From contig CM059432.1 in the NCBI GenBank assembly GCA_030390025.1, positions 123,568,001-123,632,000 of the forward strand: a stretch of DNA of 64,000 nucleotides. Reading direction: 5' to 3'. The position numbers and the translations under genes were made by a program. The DNA comes from Squalus acanthias. Taxonomy: Eukaryota. This document shows, piece by piece, positions 51,148-64,000 of this stretch. The stretch's first letter is position 1. Each line of letters opens with the position of its first letter. The notes below the pieces were generated by a model. That model did not search any database, was not told the DNA's origin, and saw only the letters and a list, made by a program, of their open reading frames with translations.

Positions 51148-52140
51148 GCAATCGCGGAGGGGGCGGGGAGGAAAGATCATCTTCAACTTTGCTGCGTGGG
51201 AGGTAACCTGGCGGAGTGGCTTGCTCACCCGTTGTACAACCCGCCCGATTTTCATTCCATTGCGGAAACACCCAGGTGACAGAGTTGAAAATGACCCCCC
51301 CCGCCCCCCCCCATCCCCCCACTGTATTCAGCCAGCACATCAGGAGAAAAATGGAATTGTCTATCACTTCCATCAGAATTCGTTTTGTCAGAAGCACACA
51401 TTCCAAATGCCTGATACAAAGTTACGGTGCATTTTTGTTTAGATCTCAGTAGTTCTTTAGATAGCTAAGAAAATTGCGAGATCAGCAAGAGTATTTAGTG
51501 CATCTTCTACATTAGTACGGACACCATCCCGTGATATGCGGTTCTCCACTTCTGGATTGTTTTAATTATTGCGAGCAGCTTGTAAGCTGGTGGAAATCCC
51601 CAGACTACGTTAAAGGCGCTATATAAATGCAAGTTGTTGTTCAAGCTGCATTTACTGCAGCAGTGTCTTTTGAACATTCCTGCTTCAATACCTGGCTTCT
51701 ATTGGCAACTTTAGGGTCACCTTATTGACTTCTTATTTTTCTGGCACCATTGCTAACCGACTTACTGGCAATTTGTTTAGTGACTGCTTCTCACATTCTT
51801 ACATGGTTCTCTATTTGTCATTCTCGTTTCACACTGCCTTAACAAATTTTACAGTCGAATTTCCTACATGCCCCCCAGACAAACAACTTTCAACATCTGT
51901 TGCCTAGGCTCGCACTCAAAGAATGGGCACTTGGACAAGGCACTGCAGACACTGTAGCCCAGGATGAGTCATTGTCATCAGAAAAGATATCTCTGTAATC
52001 AGAAATACCAAAAAAACATAGAGTTCATAGGGTCAATTAACCCTTAGAAATTCTTCTAACACATCTCGTTGCATGTTGTTACTGAGATATAGTTTTAACC
52101 TGTTACACTTCAGTCAGGATTCCTATGAACGACAGATATA

Positions 52141-52553
52141 GAAAGAAAGACTTGCATTTATATAGTGCCTTCATGACTTCGGGACTTGTCATCACTGTTG
52201 TAATGTAGGAAATGCGACAGCCAAACAGCAATGAAATGAACAACTCGATAATCTGTTTTTTAGGTGTTGATTGAGGGATAAATGTTGGCCAGGACACCGG
52301 GCGAACTCACCTGCTCTTCTTTCAGTAGTGCCATGGGATCTTTTACGTCCACCTGAGAGCACCAGTTTGACATCTCATCTGAAAGACGACACCTCCGACA
52401 GTGCAGCACTCCTTCAGTACTGCACTGGGAGTGTCAGCCTAGATTATGTGCTCAAATCCCTGGAGTGGGACTTATACAGGGAACGTGTCTAACCAGGAAG
52501 TGCAAACGCACATCCTTCTGACTCAGAGGCGAGAGTGCTCCCACTGAGCCAAG
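52141..52553 (-). mobile_element. Deu-type tRNA SINE
   Basis: Colinear with 1697-2128, with extra sequence (~52473-52510) replacing the B box. Confidence 0.8.
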
Positions 52554-53029
52554 ATTATTTTGTCAGCCATCAATGGGCACAGCTTTCTACCACAGTTCAT
52601 TTAAATCATTCATTCAGCAATTTAACCTAAACTGAAAACAGAAGAAAGGACAAAAATCTATGTCTGGATTGCGTTGCGAGTTCAATAAATCCACCAGAAC
52701 TTTAAAAATGGTGATATCCTTCTTATCACAGCCTCTGAGTTTGAATCTTAAGGATATAATTGATTTTGTATCCAAAATCACAATTCAAGCAAATACTTTA
52801 TTAAGAGAGTAAACAGGATAGTGACACTTGGGCTTCCCATGCAGTTTTGTTTAGGGTGACTTTACTTGAACCTCTCAACTGGCATTGAACTGTATCCGTT
52901 GTTTCCTATGTTCTTTACTTCAGAGCAGGTATAAATACTCCATCAACCACTCTCAAATTAAGTTGATTTAAGCCCAAGACAAGTATTGTCGTGCCTTCTT
53001 TTCTTAAATCTCAATATATATCATCACTT

Positions 53030-53280
53030 CTACCGTGCCTTCAGCTGCCTAGGCCCTAAGCTCTGGAATTCGCTCCCAAAACCTCTCCGCCTCTCTTTTC
53101 TCCTTTAAGACGCTCCTTAAAACCTACCTCTTTGACCAAGCTTCCGGTCACCTTTCCTAATTTCTCCTTACGTGGTTCGGTGTCAAATTTTTTCTAATAA
53201 TGCTCCTGTGAAGCGCCTTGGGTGCAGCGGTTGTTACTACATTAAAGGTGCTACATCAATCCAAGTTGTTGTTGTTGTTG
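53030..53280 (+). mobile_element. L2 3' fragment
   Basis: Matches 6035-6288, (GTT)n tail. Confidence 0.85.
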
Positions 53281-53655
53281 AAAGGTATCGTTCAAGTCAG
53301 AAAAAGACATCTCTTAAGATCTTCAAGAAATATGGATTTGTAATTACAATTATAAAATGACAGATCACTTTCATTACAAGTCCTGCCGTATCTAGACCTG
53401 AACTCAATAAAAGAGTGCGTGAGGAGAACACAATGGAAACCTGCTCAGAATGATTATTTGCCCACAAACATACAAACAAACACATTTTTTAATTATCAAA
53501 GTGTAAGAGGAGACTTCTGGCACAGTTAAAGTGAAACCACAGTATCTGCCAGTCGAGAAGTTATATCAGCAGTTCAATGTTTATAATTCAAATATTGACA
53601 ACACTTGGAACAGTTATTATTAAACCAAGTAAGTCCTGAAAAAGGGGAACATCTT

Positions 53656-54343
53656 GGGGAAAAACTTGGGTTGATTTGCGCCTCCCGCTAGCTCCCCTGG
53701 GGGGGGGGGGGGTTAACGGGGCACAAATCCCCTAGCGCCCGGGCACGGCACCGCTAACGCCTCCCGCGAAGTTCAGTGGGAGGTTAGCACCAGCGGCAGC
53801 CGGTAGGGCCCCACGGCACTGCGCCGCCGGCGATGACATCATCGCTGTGCGCAGCGCCCCGCTTGCACCCCGGCCGCAAACTTCACTTGCACCCCCTGAC
53901 CTATCGCCAGACGATATGTGCGACAAGATCAGGGGCCGTTTTTGCAGCGGCGGCGGCAGTAGTAAAAGGGGCAGGTGTCGGGCAGCCATTTATTTTTGGC
54001 CGATTGCCAGCTCCTGCCCCCTTCCCCTTTTTCCTCGGGGTGCCGGCCACGATCTGTGCCGGGCTGTTTTTCCAGCACCCCGCTCCCCGGTGGTCTAGCA
54101 GGACCTCGGTGCGTGCAGCGCTAGGCCCCTCCCCTTTAATCAGGGGAGGAGGCCTGCAATGACACGGCGCTACATGCCGACGCGCATGGCGCTGTTGCAC
54201 GTAGCGCCGCGATCTTCAGTTGTAGCGCCCCAAGAAGGAAGTGGAGCGCTTCCAGTAGTGCCTCACCTCCTGCTTGGGGTGCTACAACTGAATTTCAGGT
54301 GGAGGGACGCTAATTGTTTCGGTGAGACACCCAATTTTTCCCC
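53656..54343. mobile_element. PIF/Harbinger-type MITE, CpG-rich
   Basis: TIR GGGGAAAAACTTGGG / CCCAATTTTTCCCC; TTGCGCCTCCCG subterminal motif shared with 23413-24304. Confidence 0.75.
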
Positions 54344-55237
54344 CCTTATCTCTAGAAGAAAGGGTTTCACATTTCTATGAACTGTAAAAAATACATGTCA
54401 CTTCATTAGCTCTGACTGCGCTTCAGGTCATCTCCCCTATACTTACTGCTCAGTTTCCAACACTCCCCTTGTAACGCGCCTTGGGAAGTTATGTTGTGTG
54501 GAAAGCCCTATATAAATATAAAGAAACTGCTGTTGGAGTAGAAGCGAGCAGCAATCGAGGACAGGAGAAGGAAGTAAAAAATTGAACATCCTGATGAATA
54601 AATATGGCGCACCTTTTGAAGTGTCAAATTAATGTACACAGTCCAACTGTTAGTGTAAAATAATTAATAGAAAAAGATACTTCTTTGTTTTGTGATGCTA
54701 CAAGTCTAATGGGAGTAAAATGTCACGAGTATGACTTTGAGACTAGAGTTCCCCTGCGCCAAAGGGTCAATTACTAAAGGTTAGTTCTCAGTCGTGGGTA
54801 GAGGTGAGGTGATAAATCTTTTTTTGAGTCAGGTAATTCAAGTACTGTATTGCTCGTCCACAAAAGGGATCTTCAGCCAAAGACTGACTGTCCTTGTGGA
54901 AATTTCTACTGGTGGAGCAGACACTGTATAATTACTAACAATCAGGGTGAACAGCAGTCCAATTGCCCGTTAGTACCTGCACTGCTGGAGAAAGCTTTTA
55001 AATTGTAGAACTCTGTCACGTTTCGGGATATTCGGACCAGCTTTCAACAGAAAGGATTTGGAAAAAGAGTTACTTTTTTACATGTTGGGTTTTTAAAGCA
55101 AGGTGTAGTCACACAAATTTATGAAAATAAAGCACCTAGACCAGCAGTATCAAACTCATTTTATATGGTGGGCCATATCCGACATCCTGGCACTTGGCAC
55201 GGGCCACATTCAGCAACAAAGTTATTTGGATACGGTA

Positions 55238-55840
55238 GGGTAGAAATTGCTGTGCGTTACGCCCGGTTTTTGGATGTCAAAACGGGTGCAATGTATACCA
55301 ATTTCTGGACGCGAGGTTCCTGCACCTAACCGGGGTTGACAGCATGGCCTACTGGTCCTCACAGTTTTTAGGCGTACCTGGTGGCTGCCTGAAATCAGCG
55401 GTGGATCAATTTAAATATGCAAAGAAGGTTCCAGCGCCTGTTTCAAGACCCTTCTGCAAAATGCCTGGAAAGTTCGGTGGAGTAGGCGCCGGGCAAGCTC
55501 CGAGGAGTTTTTCCAGTTCTACAGTGTCCTAAACAGCGGTTTATAAAGGGATCGCCGCTGGCTGCTGAAGAAACAGTAGGGAAAGAGTGCCTCTCCCAGC
55601 TCCAGGGAACTTCTGCACCCCCTACATTTTTCTCTGCCCACCTCCCAGGACCTACTGGTGGTGTAGCAGGCCTAAATCTGTTCTAGGTGTGTCACTAGAG
55701 TCAACAGCTCTCATTTGTGGTAACACTGGGGAAGTATTTTCCTTCTTGCAGGCATCATTGGAGCATATGACAGCTTCACCGGCGTCTGCAGCATTTCAGC
55801 TGGGGGCGGTGGGGCGGATGTTGTTGGCCAGGTCTGAGGG
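55238..55840. mobile_element. Harbinger-like MITE remnants
   Basis: Starts GGGTAGAAATTG, as in the TIR at 24293-24304; a similar terminus CCAATTTCTACCCC lies at ~62360-62373; right end uncertain. Confidence 0.45.
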
Positions 55841-56919
55841 TAAAGCTATGGCTGGGCCCCAGGAGTGGGAACAGGTGGTGAGGTACATGCTTGGGGTGGA
55901 GGGGGTGCGGGGGGGGGGGGGGGGGGGGGTTGGGGGGAGTAGGTGGAATATAGGGAGAAACAGACAGCAAAGAAGAAAACTAATGCAAAGTAGATACAAT
56001 GGCTGCCTTGTGTGGTTTTGAACCATTGAGTCATTGGACGTGATTGGTCTATGCTAGCCATGTGGTATTAGTCATGAGGTCAACACAAACAAGTGAGTGA
56101 ATGTTATCGGCACTCTACAATCTTACATCTTTGCATTCTAAAAGACATCGAAAGCGTTTAATAGTTTAGAGAAACAGATATGCTTGATCTCATCGAGATA
56201 TCTACTACCTTTACACCTTTCATTCTTAATGGTCTTCAATTGGACAGTAGTGTGTTATTTGGAGTAGCACTGGGTGACCATTCCATTTCTCTGGCAAGCT
56301 TTAAGTATCATTGCATTCTACTCTAGCCCAATGAAAAATAGACAAAAGGAAAAAAACATCATTCTCTAATTGTACAAACTAACTGCTAGATCAGTCACCC
56401 CAACACTCATGGCACTCAATGAAAATGTCCGCCTCTTACATGAGAAGGAAAAACTCAAGGAAGCAGTTTTGTTTTTTAAAAATGCATATGTCCTTCTCTA
56501 TCTCTGCTTGTTTTCCCATGTACCATCAACAGCCAAGAGGACAAACGCACAACTTGCTCCCAGGGCTTGGCCAATATTGCTCTGAAAATGGACTTAAGAG
56601 GTGAGCAAAATGTGGGCACGGATAATTCTCCCTTTGATTTTCCCTGCCCTCCCACTGAGAGCACCCAGTGTCCCTTTGGTAACAGCATATTCGGGGTCAT
56701 GGGCCTGGAAAAGCTTGCCACCATGCAGTAGAACAGAGTGACAGTACTCCAACCAGCTGCTACACTCGAGAATGCAGTCTATCTTCAGTATAAAATGGAG
56801 ATAAAGACCTCTGTGGCATGTCGGATGCTGAAATACAATTAGATCTTCTTTCATTACAAGCACTCAGCCAATGAAAACAAACGTTAATGCATTACAAAAT
56901 CATATTTCAAACACCACGT

Positions 56920-57045
56920 TTCTATGCTATGGACCAAGAGCTGGAAAGTGGGATTAGGCTGGATAGCTCTTTTTGGCCGGCACAGACACGATGGGTCGAA
57001 TGGTCTCCTTCTGTGCTGTAAATTGCTATGATTCTATGATTCTAT
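56920..57045 (+). mobile_element. CR1 3' tail fragment
   Basis: GCTATGGACCAAGAGCTGGAAAGTGGGATTAG..(atgattct)n. Confidence 0.75.
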
Positions 57046-57796
57046 AAATAAAAGGTTATTTCTTTAATCTAACAACAATGCAGCTTATCTTCAGTTGCTG
57101 TGTTGAATTCACCCTCAATGCTCTAAAAGTTTTACACCAGATACTTTCATGTTGACATGAATTATGGCATTAACAAAGTACATGAGAATGAACGGAAAAT
57201 AGGTCGATAGGATTTTTCAAGTATGACCCCATTAGGGCAAAATCATTTAATTTGCTGCACGCTGGAATGGGCTGGATTTAATATGGCTGTGGTCTCTTTT
57301 GTAGAGCTAAATCTGCTAAACAGAGATTTATTTTTCATTCAGGATGAAAGAGCAAATCTCCATTTCACATTTTAGCATCCCTAAATCAAAGCACAAAAGG
57401 TCGTTGGTTTCTAGACCTCCACATGCAAGATTTGCTCTAAAAAAAATGTTACCGTTTAATTCTAAATCGCTGTTCCGTCAAAACCATATCAAACATTGGC
57501 TGGCATCAAACATGAGCCCTTATAGGCTCCTTCTTCACCAATGGATTTAAGATTCGTGCTATGTTTGCAACAGAACAATCATTTTACAAAAGATTTTGTG
57601 AATAACTTGTGTCAAAACATTCTTTCCATAAGTCCTTGCAGTGCTGTAAGGAGGAGAAGCGGACATTGTTTAAAAGAATACTCCAAGGAGAGTTTGCAAG
57701 AATTGTATTTGTCAGCCTCTTCGTATGTACTGACAGATGATACAATGCCAAATTGTATCCTACTATATGTGTAAGTTATTTGATGTCTTAATAATG

Positions 57797-58755
57797 ATGT
57801 AATATCTCCAAGTTTGCAGATGACACAAAGCTGGGTGGGAGTGTGTGCCGTGAGGAGGATGCCGAGAAACTCCAGTATGATTTGGACAGGTTGGGTGATT
57901 GGGCAGAAGCATGGCAGATGCAATATAATGTGGATAAATGCGAGGTTATCCACTTTGGTGTCAAAAACAGGAAGGCAGATTATTATCTGAATGGCAATAG
58001 ATTGGGAGAAGGGGAAGTGCATCGAGACCTGGGTGTCCTTGTGCACCAATCGCTGAAGGTAAGCATGCAGGTGCAGCAGGCGGTTAAGAAGGCAAATGGT
58101 ATGTTGGCCTTTGTAGCGAAAGGGTTCGTGTACAGGAACAAGGATGTCTTGCTGCAGTTGTACAGGGCCTTGGTGAGACCACATCTTGAGTATTGTGTGC
58201 AGTTTTGGTCGCCTTATCTGAGGAAGGATGTTCTTGCCATGGAGGGAGTGCAGCGAAGATTCACCAGGCTGATACCTGGGATGGCAGGAATGACGTATGA
58301 GGAGAGATTGGGTCGATTGGGCTTATACTCGCTGGAGTTTAGAAGAATGAGAGGGGATCTCATCGAAACTTATAAAATTCTAACAGGACTAGACAGACTA
58401 GATGCAGGAAGGATGTTCCCGATGGCGGGGGAGTCCAGAACCAGGGGTCACAGTCTAAAGATAAGGGGTAAGCCATTTAGGACTGAGATGAGGAGGAATT
58501 TCTTCACCCAGAGAGTGGTGAACCTGTGGAATTCTCTACCACAGAAGGCAGTAGAGGCCAATTCATTAAATATATTCAAGAAGGAGTCAGATATATTTCT
58601 TAAAGCTAAAGGGATCAAGGGTTATGGGGAGAAGGCAGGGACAGGGTACTGAATTTGGATGATCAGCCATGATCTCATTGAATGGCGGAGCAGGCTCGAG
58701 GGGCTGAATGGCCTGCTCCTGCTCCTATCTTCTATGTTTCTATGTTTCTATGTTT
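57797..58755 (+). mobile_element. CR1 LINE 3' fragment with open ORF2 C-terminus, same subfamily as 31039-33940
   Basis: ORF 57843..58652 uninterrupted to its natural stop; highly similar to 32995-33940; (atgtttct)x3 tail. Confidence 0.95.
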
Positions 58756-58759
58756 GTCC

Positions 58760-59622
58760 CTAATATGCGTGCTGATTTTCCTACAAATTAACCTAACAGC
58801 CTTTACAGGTTTCAACTCCTGCTTACCACAGTGCAGAGACCGATGTCCAGTAAAAGATTGGTCCAAAACTTGCTGGAAAAATAACAGCGTGTTAATGACA
58901 CATGTCGTTATTAACGATCAAATCGGCCAGCAGATTCAGGAGAATAAGAGATACTCTGTCAGTTGTGAATCTCTAGATCTTACTGGTCGATTTATGCCGC
59001 TCCACCATTTGTTTCGCACAAATGCCATCTCGCCCTCAGCCTACCCGTTATTTTTAAGAATTTGCTGGATGTGCACATTAATTGCCCATTAAACACGCCG
59101 CAGAAAGTTAGGGCTGGTAATTAAGAGCGTAAGTACCCTTTTAACGATGTGATAATTGTTAATGCAATGCCAATCAACCTCTTTGGCCCAGAAAGGGAAC
59201 AATTTAAACAGTTCAATCTCATTCCTGCATGTAGTCAATTCTTTTTACAGATTTAAAATATTTAAAATGTTTAATTTTTAATTTTTTCTTACTCATCCTT
59301 TCTATCTCTTTTTTTCTCTCTTTCTTAATCCAATCTTTCTTTCCCTTTCTTTGTTTCTCTTCCTGTACCTGATTTGACTCTAAGTCACCCTATTTCCTTT
59401 TCCATTGTGCCTCCGGTTCTTTCTCAATCCTTAAATCTCATTGGTTAAGGAGCTAGGCTGTTGGTCCCAGCATTCACAAAGGTCCCAGATGCCCCACTGC
59501 CCTCACCATGCCGTTATTCAGCTCGCACTTCCCACAAAACATTTTCGAGCTGAAGGCTGCAGGATAAAGTCTAACTTACGGCGTAACGCCAGGAGAGGCC
59601 CCGCTCCAGCAAGATCCGGCCC
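58760..59622. mobile_element. Probable non-autonomous DNA transposon remnant, left end missing
   Basis: Harbinger-like right terminus CCAGCAAGATCCGGCCC near 59606-59622. Confidence 0.4.
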
Positions 59623-60582
59623 ATTATTTTAGTAGTATACTGTCCTCCCACGGGGTTTGCCATTTTAGACTTCCCATCTCAACTTGTTTCAACCTCCACT
59701 ATGTTCAATCCTTACTTCCAAAAGAATTTGCGATAAAAGTAATGAAAACCACAGCTCTGTGAAAAACCAATCAAAAAGCATCCATGCTGTTGTTGAAAAT
59801 CTGGCACTTTAAGTGGTTACATTGGGAAAAACAAACAAGCAGAGATGTCCAAGAGATGGAAATGAAGACAAATTTATTGGAGAACAAAATAGGCATTTTG
59901 ACTGATGAAGTGATGCAGAATGAAAAAAAGCTGTTCAGGAGCAGCAAGCCAATCCCCTGTGGCCAAAAGTAAAAGTCAATGCAGAAACGCACCAAGGTCC
60001 CCTACAACACTCACTGCAATCTAAAAACTTTTATACTTTACCCCCTCTGTGGCCTCCTGCCTGCAGTTTTATGCTCCCGCCCGCTGGCCAGGCAGTGCAT
60101 CTGGCTGGGTTCGGGCAGGACTCCTATGAAAGCTATAGTAATAAGGCCCAGCCATTAAAATTGGCCAGCCCTCCACATCTCCGAGCTCACGCATACAGTA
60201 CCCACATCCACTACCCTGCCACCAGCCCCCCCCACCCCCCCCACCCCGCCCCCATAAAATCAGGGGCACGATGTCTAAACTTCCAGAATACCTGTGGTAA
60301 ATTGTAAGTATTGATTTCTGTGAACCATTGCCATCTGATGACTAACCACGCATGACCACATTTGATTACTCAAAAGGTTTCCAGAAGATGAACCAATGAT
60401 CATGTAAACAGTGGTTTCTCTTCAGTAGTCACAGCTTAAGCTGTGCAACTATTGATAAACAAGAACACCAGTAGCCATAGGACCAACATTAACCATTCAC
60501 AGTCTCAGATGTAGCCACAGCCTTCAAACTCTAAAGCTCTGTAAACATGAGCATATGGAGACCTAGGTGGCACAGTGGATCA

Positions 60583-61075
60583 GACACAACAACAACTTGC
60601 ATTTATATAGCGCCTTTAACGTAGCAAAAATGGTCCAAAGTGATTCACAGGAGCGTTACCAGACAAAATTTGACAGTGCATCACATAAAGAGATATTAGA
60701 AAAGGTGACCAAAAGCTTGGTCAAAGACCTAGGTTTTAAGGAGCGACTTAAAGGAGGAGATAGGTAGAGAGGCAGAGAGGTTTTAGGAGGGAATTCCAGA
60801 GTTTAGGGCCTAGGCAGCTGAAGGCACGACCACCAATGGTGAAGCGATGAAAATCGAGGATGCGCAGGAGGCCAGAGTTGGAGAGAGGAGAGATCTCAGA
60901 GGGCTGTAGGGCTGGAGGAGGTTACAGAAATAGGGAGGGATGAGACAATGGAGCGGGTTGAACACAAAGATGAGAATTTTAAAATTGAGGCGTTGCCGAA
61001 CCCGGGAGCCAATGTCGGTCAGCGTGAACGGGGTGATAGGTGAACGGAACATGGCGGACACTGACCTTTTGCTTT
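60583..61075 (-). mobile_element. L2 3' fragment
   Basis: RSPITPF..QRLNFKILIFVFNPLHCLIPPYFCNLLQPY; (GTT)n tail. Confidence 0.85.
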
Positions 61076-64000
61076 TGGGACCTAGACGAAAATCCAATCC
61101 AAACTGATGTAAATCTCCTCTGTCTGCTGGTTGGAAGGGTCTGATGTGAAATGAGATTGGGCAATCTCAATCCTTCTACTGCACAAAACAGTCCCTAACA
61201 AGTATTCTCATGGGACAGCTGATATGAAAATCTGTCACATTGGTGCACAGTGGGTTGCTCTTCTGAGACTGGCGTTGAGGCTTGTTGTTGGGCAGAGTAG
61301 AAAGAGATTTGCTCGGCATCTGGTTGTGCAATACCTGACATGGGATTGCTTGATGCTGGCACTGAAATCAAAACAGTTATAAGAGCGAGCATCCCTCATC
61401 TTAACGAGCACATGTTTTTTTAAGAACCTACGTTCAAGCACTGTCAATATAACGGATCACAACATCTACGTAAAACCATCTTGTGCACAAGTCCCTTCAT
61501 AAAAACATCAGGAAATGCCTGATATTCATGACTCATGTCCTAAAACTGAGTCACGTCAGAGGTATTGGTGAATTAAGTATTAAACAAATAAAAACCCCTC
61601 TAAACTTCAGCGGGCTCCGCATGCTTAACTGGATTCAATTCTGCTCCTTTCCACCTGATGTAATGACAGTGCCTTTGCCTCTTTAACTCTCACATAGTTA
61701 TACAGGCCACAAGGTCAAAGCACAGCCGACACCTCTCAGTCCACTCAGATACTCACCAAACCTCTCCCACACTCCTTCTATTATCAACTGTGCTGCCTCC
61801 TTGCAGCCACTGTAACCAGACTGCAACAGATGTATATGGCCACTTTACCACTGCATGGAGAACCAGTGCGTACCACACAGCATATAACATTAAATACCAA
61901 AACACAGTTACAATTCGGGCTAACACCCTGATACTCTTTGCTCATGCTCACCACAAAAATAAGCTTCCACGGGCAGATCGATCAACCAGCATTAGATCTT
62001 ATGTATCAAATAAGTACGATAGAGTGCTGTAGTGTGAGCATTGGCTCCTTATACTGTTCGGGCCTGCATTGGAAATAGCATGGGCTACTTATCCTGATCT
62101 TGCAGACAGTGGGAGAAACAACAAGCTGACAGGCTCGATGCTTGCCCCACTCACCGGGAACAAATTAATATAGGGGGGTCCTTCAACAGGTGTTAAGACC
62201 CTCAATAACATATTTAAGGGGCCAAACACCTGTTTCAGGCACCTAACAAAATGGTCCCCAGTGGGACCAACTCCTGTACAGATTGGATGTCGGCCGTCCC
62301 ACTGCTAAATTGGTATTTTTTGCACCCGTTTTACACTCGGAAAAATGGAGCAATGCATACCAATTTCTACCCCATTGAGTACTTGTTGAAATTCAGTATT
62401 TATAACTATTTCTCCTTTCGGTTCTGTAGATCACATTTAGGTATAACAGCGATAAAAGTTAAAACTGCTCCCAATCACTACTGACCGCACATTTCTTGGG
62501 GCTGAAATTGGTCTTGGGTGGTAGTCAAGGGAAAGCAAAATCAGGCGGGTGTAAAACAGGCTGCTGATTCGCTATCGCTCATTTTGCTCTACAGCCCAGG
62601 ACCCATTTAACTCCCTTAATCTTCAACTATCACGTAACCACGCCCCCTTAGTCAGGACACATGCTCATCATCATTTCGACGAGACCCCCGAAAGAGTAAG
62701 TGAGCAGCAACTAATGGACCGCAAAGTAGGTCAGAAAGAAATCTCGCTGAAGAGATTAGAGAAACTAACTGAGACACCGACAAAAGCACCCTTGAATGGA
62801 CTTACAATGACCTGTCAGGAAAATTAGAGCCAATCCAGGATAAGAACATGAACTTGTTCTGTGCAAAAATGCTTTTCTGCCTCATTGTTGTTTTTATATA
62901 TACCCCTTGCAGATGAATTAAATGGAATTGAAATGATTGTAAACCATTCACATGGCTGTGATTTAATGAACTTATTAAACTTGGAAAAGCTGGAACATTA
63001 GATACCCTTGTAGAGTTACAAATCTTTGAGGCAAAAACAATTGCCAGAAGTGTTCACCATTTTTCTTTGTCCTTTTAAAGTGGTCTCCTTTCCATCTAAA
63101 GTCAATAAAAGGAAATGATTTGACTTTATATTCAATGGTTTGTAAGTAATGTATTGCTTCGAAGACTAACTAGCATGAATTCTGCTACCAATCAGCCATG
63201 AGTGTCAGTTTTCCCTAGTGAGTTTCCTGTTATTGCCTCAGGCTATGAATACCAACAGCACAGTGATAAGAATGTTAACTTCACAATTGAGAGGTCAGAG
63301 GTTCAAGTCCAACAAATCTGGTTGTCACTTTAAAAATCCTCACAGCGCATACTGGAAGATTATCAATTCTCAACTAGGCGACCAGGAGGAGCATTTCATG
63401 ACTTCTACATCGACTCCCAACAAATCTGGAGTGACACTGGCAATTGTTCTAGGTTATGCCACACCTTGAAGTGTACGTCAATATGGTGGGAACGATGGAG
63501 TTGGGAAAGGATAGGTAGTTAATAACAATGTTGTAAGTGAAAATGAGCTTCATAATTGTAGTCTCTTACTTACATGGTCTATTTAATGTGCAAATTAAAG
63601 AACCACAGTCGTTTTAATTCATTTCAACACCCCCTCCCCCATGGACATGTTTTAAAGTAAAAATGTAAAGGCCCTGTTAAACTGGGGCTTGTGGCAATAA
63701 CTGTGGTGTAAACAGGTAGCATCTGTGGACAGGCCATTCTATTTCCATAGAAAGTCCTTAGACATCTGTCACAATATTTCCCAAGGGGGCTTCTGAGAAC
63801 ATACTTTATTAGGAATGCATTTGTGGACCTGCAGTACTGTGTTAATTGCAGATTAACAGGGAGAGAAATGTAAGAGACCAGATCTGACCTCTGTTGGAGA
63901 AAGGTACTTAAGAAAGTGTCCAAGCACAGCAATTACTACGATACTCACTTCGTGCCATTCTTATCATGAGCTTGGAGCTATTGTGGTAGCTGAATTTGCT

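Noticed and set aside
59784..59972. Coiled-coil-like ORF (DVQEMEMKTNLLENKIGILTDEV)
   Set aside because: No pyrimidine-tract acceptor or clear donor, and no recognisable homolog.

Overview
Eukaryotic, repeat-dominated DNA with no confidently identifiable host protein-coding gene. The repeat families (several CR1 LINE subfamilies, L2, Penelope-like elements, Deu-domain tRNA SINEs, many PIF/Harbinger MITEs) suggest a vertebrate, most likely a cartilaginous fish (shark); this is inference from recalled repeat families, not a search result. All long ORFs are retrotransposon or transposon derived: a near full-length, disrupted CR1 on the minus strand (13548-18125), a near complete CR1 ORF2 on plus (31039-33940), an L2 3' ORF, Harbinger transposase and Myb/SANT remnants, and a Penelope GIY-YIG remnant. 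The most notable observations are: minimal hammerhead ribozyme motifs in Penelope termini, one inside a 193-bp TSD-flanked insert closed by a 39-bp inverted repeat; a nearby ~140-bp locally templated insertion; a cluster of tandem heat-shock elements next to a consensus CTCF site and GC box (50955-51170); a locally repeated non-coding module with RFX-like motifs; a tandem 5' UTR repeat with a TATA box in the full-length CR1; an old palindromic element; and weak candidate exons. Element boundaries are read by eye and are approximate unless TIRs or TSDs are given.
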